A DNA stretch of 64,000 bases from Gemmatimonadota bacterium (GTDB lineage Bacteria; Gemmatimonadota; Gemmatimonadetes; Palauibacterales; Palauibacteraceae). The stretch covers positions 59,511 to 123,510 of the forward strand of contig JBHIAV010000001.1 in NCBI GenBank assembly GCA_046758745.1. Direction: 5' to 3'. A program made the translations under genes and the position numbers. Positions 7,827 to 15,906 of this stretch are shown here, in pieces (within the stretch, counting starts at the first letter, position 1; each line of letters begins with the position of its first letter). The notes under the pieces are model-generated. The model saw only the letters and a list, made by a program, of their open reading frames with translations, was not told the DNA's origin and did no database searches.

Positions 7827-9028
7827 TCCGCGCCGCGTCGTCCCCTCGCTTTGAACTCCTGCCCCTGGCGCCGAGGGCGATCGCGCGCTTGGCAGGCCTG
7901 CTGGCCGCCTTCGCCGGCCCCACCGTCGCGCCAGCGCAGACGCCCGTCACCTCGCTCGGGTTGGGGTACCCGGTGGCGCCGTTGGATGCGCGGGCCGCCG
8001 CTCTCGGAGGAACGGGGGTGGGGCTCATGGGAGCGTCCCTCTCCTTCCGAAATCCCGCCGACCTCGTCGAGTTCCGTTCCCCGATCCTCGGCTTCACCGC
8101 CGTGCCCGAGGACGTCGACGTCCGGAGAGCCGGCGGCGAGGAACCCACGGGCCGCAGCCGCTTCTCCCTCCTGCGTGGCGTGGTGCCGCTCGGGAGGTGG
8201 GCGTTTTCCATCGGGTTCGGCTCCGAGCTCGACCAGGATTGGAGCGTGCGTTTCCTGGACACCCTCGACAGCTCGATCGGACGCTTCCCGTTCGTGGAGA
8301 GCCGGGAGCACGATGGCGGGATCAGCTTCGTCGATGTCTCCCTTGCGCGGCAGTTCGGACCGATCTCCCTCGGCGGCTCCTACGAGCGGCTCAGCGGCAC
8401 GCAGAGGCAGGCGTTCGAGCGCCGCTTCGAGCCGGACCTGGAAGCCGGCCTGATCATCGGCAATGTGGACGAGGCGACGGTGTGGAGCTTCACCTCATGG
8501 CGCCTGCGGGGCGGATTGGGTATCGCCGTCGGTCGCTGGCTGCGCCTCGGCGGCGCTTTCACCTGGACGAGCGATCTACAGGCCGAGAGGCGCGACCCCG
8601 ATGAGGTGCGCCGCTTCTCCCTCCCGACCGCCTTCGAGGTGGGACTCAGCCTCCGGCCGACGGAACGGTTGCTCCTCGCTGCCGGGGGAGGGTGGGCAAA
8701 CTGGTCCACCACCGCCGGCCGCCTCGGGGACGACGGTGCGGAGGATACCCTGTGGGGGGGCGGCGGGATCGAGTACACCGGCGTGCGGCTCGGACGCAGT
8801 GTGGTGCCGCTTCGGGTCGGCGCCCGCTTCACCGATCTACCGTTCTTCCCGCGCGGAGCGGCGCAGCTCTCCGAGACGGCCTTCGGGTTCGGTACGGGGA
8901 TAGGAGTGGCCGGGGGACGGGCCGTCCTCGATCTCGCTGTGGAGTTCGGGAGCCGGGGCGACCTGGCCGACTCCGGCGTCGAGGAGGGCTTCCGGCGCTT
9001 CGCGATCTCTTTCGCCGTCCGCCAGTAG
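7823..9028 (+). CDS. outer-membrane beta-barrel protein (FadL/PorV-like)
   Basis: Signal peptide ending APA-Q, N-terminal SLGLG...ARAAALGG...NPA pattern, amphipathic beta strands. GTG at 7823 overlaps the upstream stop. Confidence 0.7.
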   Translation: MIRAASSPRFELLPLAPRAIARLAGLLAAFAGPTVAPAQTPVTSLGLGYPVAPLDARAAALGGTGVGLMGASLSFRNPADLVEFRSPILGFTAVPEDVDVRRAGGEEPTGRSRFSLLRGVVPLGRWAFSIGFGSELDQDWSVRFLDTLDSSIGRFPFVESREHDGGISFVDVSLARQFGPISLGGSYERLSGTQRQAFERRFEPDLEAGLIIGNVDEATVWSFTSWRLRGGLGIAVGRWLRLGGAFTWTSDLQAERRDPDEVRRFSLPTAFEVGLSLRPTERLLLAAGGGWANWSTTAGRLGDDGAEDTLWGGGGIEYTGVRLGRSVVPLRVGARFTDLPFFPRGAAQLSETAFGFGTGIGVAGGRAVLDLAVEFGSRGDLADSGVEEGFRRFAISFAVRQ

Positions 9029-9835
9029 ACGGGCGCGCCGCCCCGGGGCCCGGCCTCGGCCGGCGCTGCGGCTCGACAGCTCCTTCCATCGCTCTTCGCG
9101 TACCGGTTCGCCCAGCGCCGCCAGGAGCTCCCTCTCCAGCAGCTCCGGGTGGCTCACCGGCCAATCGTGGCCGTGGTCGACCGTGCGGACGGAAAAGGCC
9201 CCCGCCGGCAAGATCGCCAGATACGCGTCGCTCTCACGCCGGCGATACAGGTGATCGTGCGTCGCCAGCAGCACGAGTCCGGACGGCGCTGTCGGCGGGT
9301 ACCGCTCCGCCGTGGTTCGGAGGATCTCGGTGACGGCGGGAAAGAGGCAGCGCGGGCGGGAGAGCGCCGTGCCGACGTAGTCGCACATGATCCCCCACGC
9401 CCAGCCGATCGCCCGCCGGCCCTCGAGGCCCAGGTATTCCCGGAGCTGAAGGGCCGCCGCCCTCGTTACCTGTGCGGTCCACCCGGCCGGGATCGGCACC
9501 GTCGGCGCGAGAGCGATGGCGGGGCGGGTGCCGAGGAGCGCGAGGAAGCCGCCGAACGAATGCCCCGCCCGCGGAGCCTCCGGCGCGTAACGGGCCGCCA
9601 GCTCCTCGGCGAGCGCCCGGTAGCCGGCCACCCCCTCCGGGAGCCTCCCGTGCGTCCGGAAGGAGAGATCGGGGATGAAGACGGTGAGATGCCGCGCGAG
9701 CCGGCGAAGACCCTCCCGGTAGTAGATGGGATGGGCACCCAACCCCGGGAGAAAGATGAGAGGCCGGTCGGCCTCTCCCCACACCTCGATCGGTATTCGG
9801 AGACCGTCGAACGGCAGCTCCGCCTGCCTGAGCAT
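8837..9835 (-). CDS. alpha/beta fold hydrolase
   Basis: FLPGLG oxyanion region, GHSFGG nucleophile elbow and C-terminal HGH. The tail overlaps the convergent gene. Confidence 0.8.
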   Translation of the reverse strand: MLRQAELPFDGLRIPIEVWGEADRPLIFLPGLGAHPIYYREGLRRLARHLTVFIPDLSFRTHGRLPEGVAGYRALAEELAARYAPEAPRAGHSFGGFLALLGTRPAIALAPTVPIPAGWTAQVTRAAALQLREYLGLEGRRAIGWAWGIMCDYVGTALSRPRCLFPAVTEILRTTAERYPPTAPSGLVLLATHDHLYRRRESDAYLAILPAGAFSVRTVDHGHDWPVSHPELLERELLAALGEPVREERWKELSSRSAGRGRAPGRRARLLADGERDREAPEALLDAGVGQVAPAPELHSEIEDGPSPGHSYPRTEPEGRLGELRRSAREER

Positions 9836-9841
9836 CCCCCG

Positions 9842-9870
9842 ATGCTACCGCCGTGGGCGGAGAGCGGCAA
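9842..9870 (-). promoter_or_regulatory. sigma70-type promoter, leaderless geometry
   Basis: TTGCCG-17-TAGCAT, then 6 nt to the ATG at 9835. Confidence 0.5.
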
Positions 9871-10112
9871 TCGAGAGAAGTCTGGCCCGCCTCCCGCCCG
9901 CCTCGCTAGCTTGATGCCTCACCCGGACCTCGGCTGGCGAGCCTTCGGCCCGCGGTCGCGCCGGCCGGCACGCGGTCCATCATGTGCAGCCGATTCGGCC
10001 GCTCGGGCGGGTCGGGAGCCGGCTGCCGCGGAAGCCGCGCGCGTTGGCGGACGGGAGGGATTGAGAGCGAGTTGAGAGAGGCGCGTAGCTCCGGCTGGAA
10101 GGGCGGAAACGA

Positions 10113-11495
10113 GTGACCGAGCTCATCACGCTGCGCCGGCGGGCAAGGGCTGCACCCGTCGCCCGCCCGGTCGTACCGGCGACGCGGCGAGCCTACATCG
10201 AGACGTACGGCTGCCAGATGAACATCAGCGATACCGAGCTGATGGCGGGGGTCCTCGCCGAGCGGGGATACGTTCGAGTGGCCGATCCCGCCGACGCCGA
10301 CCTGATCGTCGTGAATACCTGCGCCATCCGGGAGCATGCCGAACGGCGGGTGCTCGGACGTCTCGGAGAGCTGCGGCGCTACCGTACCGATAGGCCAGAC
10401 CTCGTGCTCGCCGTGACCGGCTGCATGGCCCAGCGCATGGGGAGCGCTCTGCTCCAGGCAATCTCCGGAGTCGACATCGTGGCGGGGCCCGACTCGTACC
10501 GGCGGATCGGGGCCCTTGTCGACGAGATCCGCTTCGGGGAGCGGCCACGGGGACAGCTCCTTCTCGAGCTCGACGCGAGCGAGAACTACGAGGGGATGGA
10601 GGCCGTCCGCAGGGACGGAGTGACGGCGTGGATCACCGTGCAGAGGGGATGCGACCACCGCTGCACCTTCTGCATCGTCCCGTACGTCCGCGGGCCCGAA
10701 AAGAACCGAGATCCGGCGGAGGTGCTGCGCGAAGCGCGGCGCGCCGTCGAGGATGGCTACACGGAGGTCACTCTGCTGGGCCAGACGGTGAACTCGTACG
10801 CGTGGGAAGGGTGGGACTTCGCCCGCCTGCTGGAGGCGGTCGCCCGCGTGCCGGGCATCCGCCGGGTGCGGTACACCTCCCCACACCCGAACGACGTGAC
10901 GGAGCGTCTGGTGGACGTGATGGCCCGCCAGCCGACCGTGTGCAAGCAGCTCCACCTTCCGGCGCAATCCGGGTCGACACGCATCCTGAAGCGGATGGTG
11001 CGGCGCTACACGGCGGAGGAGTTTCTGGAGAAGGTCGCGCTCGTTCGCCGTCGGATTCCCGAGATCGCTCTCAGCACCGACATCATCGTCGGCTTCCCCG
11101 GAGAAACGGAGGCGGAGTTCGAGGAGACCCTGGAGCTGCTGCGCGAGGTCCGGTTCGACGACGCGTACCTGTACCGATACTCGGCGCGCGAGGGCACGCC
11201 CGCGACGCGCTTCCCGGAGGAGGACCTCGTGGACGAGGGGGTGGCCGGTGAGAGGCTGGAGCGCGCCATCGAGGTGCAGCGAGCCATCCAGCGGGAGATC
11301 AACGAGGGCGAGGTCGGGGAGCTGCGCGAGGTGCTGGTGGAGCGCGAGGCCCGCTCGCCGGGTGACGTGCTGGGCCGCACCGACTCCAACAAGGTCGTCG
11401 CCTTTCCCGGTGACCGGCGCTGGATCAACCGGTACCGCACCGTCCGGCTGCTCCGCACGACCGGCGCGACCTTCGTGGGCGAGCTCGTGGCGTGA
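10113..11495 (+). CDS. miaB: tRNA (N6-isopentenyl adenosine(37)-C2)-methylthiotransferase
   Basis: TYGCQMN, NTCAIRE, radical SAM GCDHRCTFC, TDIIVGFPGET and a TRAM domain. Confidence 0.95.
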   Translation: MTELITLRRRARAAPVARPVVPATRRAYIETYGCQMNISDTELMAGVLAERGYVRVADPADADLIVVNTCAIREHAERRVLGRLGELRRYRTDRPDLVLAVTGCMAQRMGSALLQAISGVDIVAGPDSYRRIGALVDEIRFGERPRGQLLLELDASENYEGMEAVRRDGVTAWITVQRGCDHRCTFCIVPYVRGPEKNRDPAEVLREARRAVEDGYTEVTLLGQTVNSYAWEGWDFARLLEAVARVPGIRRVRYTSPHPNDVTERLVDVMARQPTVCKQLHLPAQSGSTRILKRMVRRYTAEEFLEKVALVRRRIPEIALSTDIIVGFPGETEAEFEETLELLREVRFDDAYLYRYSAREGTPATRFPEEDLVDEGVAGERLERAIEVQRAIQREINEGEVGELREVLVEREARSPGDVLGRTDSNKVVAFPGDRRWINRYRTVRLLRTTGATFVGELVA

Positions 11496-11827
11496 GGCTC
11501 GGCTACCGGCTGCTGGGCTTCGCTCTCGTGGCCGGAGCGGCCGTGTGGTTCGCCGCCGTCAACGGGGGGCAGCGGGTGCGAATCCACCTCGGCATCTTCA
11601 CCCTGCGCTCGGTTTCGCTGCCGGTCGTGGTGTTCGCTTCCATCATTCTGGGGATGAGCGTCGTGTTCCTCGCGGGCCTGCGGGCCGACCTGCGAACGCG
11701 CCGCACGCTGCGCCGTTATCGTGAGACGCTCGAAGGGAGGAGCGATCCGACCGGCGCGGCCGGGCTCGGTGGCGGGGACTCCGGGGCGGCGGGTTCCGGC
11801 GTGCGGAGGACCACGCCGGGAGCGTAG
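11492..11827 (+). CDS. LapA/DUF1049-like small membrane protein
   Basis: Two TM segments separated by FAAVN..V.I.L, followed by a basic tail. GTGA overlap with miaB. Confidence 0.7.
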   Translation: MRLGYRLLGFALVAGAAVWFAAVNGGQRVRIHLGIFTLRSVSLPVVVFASIILGMSVVFLAGLRADLRTRRTLRRYRETLEGRSDPTGAAGLGGGDSGAAGSGVRRTTPGA

Positions 11828-11983
11828 ACCGAGTCGCGCGGGCTCTCCCGGCGCTCGCTCGGTCCTCCGGTCCGGAGCCTCCCCGGTGCCGACGCGACGC
11901 GGAGCTGCCGATGGGGCGTGCCGGACGCGGCGCGGCGGGCGGGTCGCTAGCGGGGACTGACACGCTTTCGTGCTGCACCCATC

Positions 11984-14503
11984 TTGCGCGGCGCCGTCGC
12001 GGCCCTCCGGGGGGCCGCGACCGGGCTCGGCCTCCCGGCGGCGAGAGGCCGGCCGGCCGGCGGTGCCGGCTCGCTCCCCGCTCGTAGGGCCGGCCCGCTC
12101 CCGGCTCTGGCGTTCCTCTCCCTCGCCCTGTGCGGAGCGGCGGCGCTCCGCCGATCAGGGCGGCGGGGCGCAAACCGGCACGGTCTGACCGGGGCCTGCC
12201 TCCTCTCCTCGCTCCTCTCCGGGACGGTGCTGGGCGCGCACGGCGCCCGGCAGGCCCGGGCCTCGTGCACGGCCGACCTTCGGAGCGGCGATGCGGTCGT
12301 GGTCGCCGGGAGGCTGCGGACGGCCCTGCGCCGGGCGGAGCAGGGCGAAGGACGCCGCGGTGAAGGACGCGCCGCGGCGCGATGGCGGGCGGCGGGGGTC
12401 GGGCGGAGTGTCGCCCGGGGCGGTCCGCCCCGCTCGTTTCGGCTCACCCTGCTCGAGCCCTCCCTGCGGCGCGATTCGCTCGAGTGCCGCATCCCGTCGC
12501 TCGTGGCGTACGTGGTCCCGCCCGCCCCCTCTCTCGCCGCGGGCGCCCTCGTGCGGCTGCGCGGAGAGTGGCGACGCTTCGGCGGTCCGATCGGCCCGGG
12601 ATCGCTCCGCCCGGGCGCCGGCGCGGTGGTCCGCGCCCGCCTCGTGGCGCCGCCTCGCCCGGATCCCTCACGCGGCACCCCGCCGGCGGTGCGGCAACGT
12701 CGGCGGATCCTGGAGGGCGTGCGCGCGAGGGCGGCGGAGCGCCTCGCCCGGCGCCTGCCTCCCGATGTGAGCCCGGTAGCCCTCGCGCTCACAGTGGCCG
12801 ATCGGGACGGCGTCGACCCCGGTCTCCGCCGCCGCTTCGCCGACGCGGGCCTGGCCCACCTGCTCTCCATCTCCGGCCTACACGTCGGGATCCTCGTCGG
12901 AGGGGTTCTGTGGCTGGCCGGCTTCGTCCTGCGACGGCGCGCCCGCTATCTCCTCTCCGCGGCGGCATGCCTCGGCTACGTGCTGGCCATCGGGGCGCCG
13001 ATCCCGGCGCTCCGGGCCTGCATTCTGTTCGGCGGGTACGCCGTGACACGTGCGCGCGGAAGCCCGGCGAGAGTTGCCGATCTGCTGGGTGCCGCCGCCC
13101 TGGTGACGCTGGTGGCCGACCCACTCTCGGTCCTCTCCCCGGGCTTCCAGCTTTCCTTCGCGGGTTTCTCGGGTCTGGCGGCGGGCGGAACGGTCGGCCG
13201 GCGGCTTCTCGCCGCTCGCCTCGCCCGGCGGTCGACCCGCGGGCTCCCCCTCCGCCTTCGCGCCCCGACGGGTCGCACCCTCACCGCCCTGTCGGCCGGA
13301 GCCGGGGCGTTCGCCTTCACCGCACCCGTCACCGCGGCCCACTTCCACCATGCGGCGCCGATCGCCATCCTCTCGAACTTTGCCGGCGTGCCGCTGATCG
13401 GTCTCTCCCTCGCCGCGTTGACCGGTACCCTCCTGCTCCCGGGTCCGCCCGGCGCGCTGGCCGCGGACGCGGGTACCGCGACCCTCAGGCTCCTCATGCG
13501 AGCGGTCGATCTCTTCGCCGCGATCCCGTGGGGTCACGGAGATGTCGCCGCCCCGCTGCTCGCCGAATGGACAGCGCTGGCCTTCCTCCTTCTCGGTCTC
13601 TACCGCGTCCTCTCGGGCGGTCGCCCGCGCTCGGCGCTGCTCCCTCTCGCCGCCGCTTGCGCGGTGGGGCTCGCCGCGCCCCGGCTCCCCGCGCTTCTGC
13701 CGGGCGCAAGGAGCCTCCTGTGCACCCTCGATGTGGGACAGGGGGACGCCGCCGCGCTGCGCACCCGTCGGGGTAGATGGATCGTCTTCGACGCAGGACC
13801 TCCGGGGCGTGGTAGGGGGAGCGGCATCGCGTCCTTCCTCGCCTCCCGCGGCGTCCGGACGGTCGAGCTGCTCGTCCTCTCCCATCCCCACCTCGACCAC
13901 ATCGGCGGGACCGATGCCCTGCTCGAGCGCTTCGAGGTGCGCCGGGTGCTCGACAGCGGGAATCCGGTGCCGGATGTCGCGTACGACCGCTTCCTGGCAG
14001 GGGTGGAAGTGGAAGGTGCGACGTGGCTCCGCGCGCGCTCGGGCTCCCGGGTCACGATAGACGACGTCGAGGTCACCGTGCTCTCGCCGCCACCGGCGAG
14101 CGGGAGGCGCCATTCCGCAGACGCGGCCGATGCGAACGAGGCGAGCGTGGTCGTGCGGGTCGAGGTCTCCGGCGCCTTCGTCTACCTGAACAGCGGCGAT
14201 GCCTCGGCCACCGAGGAGCGGGAGATGCTGGAGAGGTGGCCGGCCGGAACGCTCCGGGCCGATCTTCTCAAGCTGGGCCACCACGGGAGCCGGACCTCGT
14301 CGGATGTGGAGTGGCTGCGGGCGACCCGTCCGGAGATCGCGGTCATCTCGGTCGGGAGGGGCAACCGGTACGGCCATCCGCACGCCGTCACGCTGGCGCG
14401 GATCGACTCGGCCGGCGTTCCGCGCATGTGGAGGACGGATCGCGACGGAACCCTGTGCCTCGAGGTAAGCCGGGACGGGAACTGGCGCGTGCTCGGCGGG
14501 TAG
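11984..14503 (+). CDS. comEC: DNA internalization competence protein ComEC/Rec2 (start uncertain)
   Basis: GLAHLLSISGLHV, GFQLSF, LDVGQGD, SHPHLDHIGG, GHHGSRTS, NRYGHPH. Confidence 0.92.
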   Translation: MRGAVAALRGAATGLGLPAARGRPAGGAGSLPARRAGPLPALAFLSLALCGAAALRRSGRRGANRHGLTGACLLSSLLSGTVLGAHGARQARASCTADLRSGDAVVVAGRLRTALRRAEQGEGRRGEGRAAARWRAAGVGRSVARGGPPRSFRLTLLEPSLRRDSLECRIPSLVAYVVPPAPSLAAGALVRLRGEWRRFGGPIGPGSLRPGAGAVVRARLVAPPRPDPSRGTPPAVRQRRRILEGVRARAAERLARRLPPDVSPVALALTVADRDGVDPGLRRRFADAGLAHLLSISGLHVGILVGGVLWLAGFVLRRRARYLLSAAACLGYVLAIGAPIPALRACILFGGYAVTRARGSPARVADLLGAAALVTLVADPLSVLSPGFQLSFAGFSGLAAGGTVGRRLLAARLARRSTRGLPLRLRAPTGRTLTALSAGAGAFAFTAPVTAAHFHHAAPIAILSNFAGVPLIGLSLAALTGTLLLPGPPGALAADAGTATLRLLMRAVDLFAAIPWGHGDVAAPLLAEWTALAFLLLGLYRVLSGGRPRSALLPLAAACAVGLAAPRLPALLPGARSLLCTLDVGQGDAAALRTRRGRWIVFDAGPPGRGRGSGIASFLASRGVRTVELLVLSHPHLDHIGGTDALLERFEVRRVLDSGNPVPDVAYDRFLAGVEVEGATWLRARSGSRVTIDDVEVTVLSPPPASGRRHSADAADANEASVVVRVEVSGAFVYLNSGDASATEEREMLERWPAGTLRADLLKLGHHGSRTSSDVEWLRATRPEIAVISVGRGNRYGHPHAVTLARIDSAGVPRMWRTDRDGTLCLEVSRDGNWRVLGG

Positions 14504-14601
14504 GGCGCCATCGGGGCCCTCTTCGCTCTCCGCGCCAGACCCTTGCGGGCCAGGGAGCGAACGGCCGCCCCGGCACCGCCCCGACGCGTCCGGCGAGCGA
14601 C

Positions 14602-14631
14602 TTGACGATCCTCGCGCCCGAAACCTAAGCT
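14602..14631 (+). promoter_or_regulatory. sigma70-type promoter for fbp
   Basis: TTGACG-18-TAAGCT upstream of SD GGAGG and the GTG at 14667. Confidence 0.5.
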
Positions 14632-14666
14632 GAATCAGAGCCCCTCGCCCTTCGCCGGAGGCGCAC

Positions 14667-15698
14667 GTGCAGAGATCCGTCGTCACCATCGAGCGCTTCA
14701 TCCTCGAGCAGGAACGCAAGCACCCGGGAGCGACCGGCGCCCTGTCGAGCATCCTGTACGACCTCGCGCTCGCGGCCAAGCTCATCAACCGGGAGGTGAG
14801 CAAGGCCGGCCTGGTCGACATCCTTGGCTTCACGGAGCGCGAGAACGTGCACGGCGAGACCGTTCGCAAGCTCGACGAGTACGCCAACGACGTGGTCTTC
14901 CAGGCCATGGACCACGGTGGCCACCTGTGCGTGATGGCCTCCGAGGAGTCGGAGGGCCTGATCCCGATCCCGGAGCGCTTCCCGACCGGCGAGTACGTCC
15001 TCCTGTACGACCCGCTCGACGGGAGCTCGAACATCGACGCCAACATCTCGATCGGCACCATCTTCTCGATCCACCGGCGGATCAGCACCGGGCGGGACGG
15101 AACGCTCGAGGACTGCCTGCAGCCGGGCCATCGCCAGGTCGCGGCGGGGTACGTGATGTACGGCTCGTCGACGGTCCTCGTGTACACGACGGGGAAGGGC
15201 GTCCACTGCTTCACCCTCGATCCGTCGATCGGGGAGTTCCTTCTCTCGCACTCCGAGATCCACCTCCCGGAGCCGGGGAAGAAGATCTACAGCGTGAACG
15301 AGGGGAACTTCTCGAAGTGGTCCGAGGAGCAGCAGCGTCTCGTGCGGCGCTTCCGCGGGGACGGGGAGCGGAGTGCCGGCTTCTCCCTGCGCTACGTGGG
15401 CTCGCTGGTGGCCGACTTCCACCGCACCCTTCTGTACGGCGGAATCTTCATGTATCCGGCCGACCGCAACTCACCGAACGGCAAGCTTCGTCTGCTGTAC
15501 GAGGCATCTCCCCTCGCTCTCATCTGCCGGGAGGCGGGAGGTGCGGCGACGGACGGCCGGCAGGAGATCCTCGAGATGCAGCCGAGCGAGCTGCACCAGC
15601 GCACGCCGCTCTTCATCGGGAACGAGGAGTACGTCCGCCTGGCCGGTGAGTACCTGGCGACGGCCGATGCCGCGGCGGCCGGAGAGCGTTCGGCCTGA
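14667..15698 (+). CDS. fbp: class 1 fructose-1,6-bisphosphatase
   Basis: SEE, DPLDGSSNID, RYVGSLVADFHR, GKLRLLYE. Confidence 0.97.
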   Translation: MQRSVVTIERFILEQERKHPGATGALSSILYDLALAAKLINREVSKAGLVDILGFTERENVHGETVRKLDEYANDVVFQAMDHGGHLCVMASEESEGLIPIPERFPTGEYVLLYDPLDGSSNIDANISIGTIFSIHRRISTGRDGTLEDCLQPGHRQVAAGYVMYGSSTVLVYTTGKGVHCFTLDPSIGEFLLSHSEIHLPEPGKKIYSVNEGNFSKWSEEQQRLVRRFRGDGERSAGFSLRYVGSLVADFHRTLLYGGIFMYPADRNSPNGKLRLLYEASPLALICREAGGAATDGRQEILEMQPSELHQRTPLFIGNEEYVRLAGEYLATADAAAAGERSA

Positions 15699-15804
15699 GC
15701 CGGCCGCGGACGCCGCCGCCGCAAGGAACCGCCTGAGCACGGGCTAGCAGCGGGCCGGGCACGCCGGGGCCGGGGGGAGAGGGATGCACCGGCCTGATGC
15801 GGCG

Positions 15805-15846
15805 AGAGAAAAGAGAGGGGGGGCTCCTCGCGGAAGCCCCCCTTCC
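15805..15846 (-). terminator. intrinsic terminator between convergent fbp and TonB receptor genes
   Basis: GGGGGGCT...AGCCCCCC stem. On the minus strand it is followed by CTCTCTTTTCTCT. Confidence 0.65.
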
Positions 15847-15906
15847 TGTCGCTAACGGCCCATGCGCGGCGCGCCCCGAGGCGCCCGGGCGGGCGATGGT
15901 GCTCGG

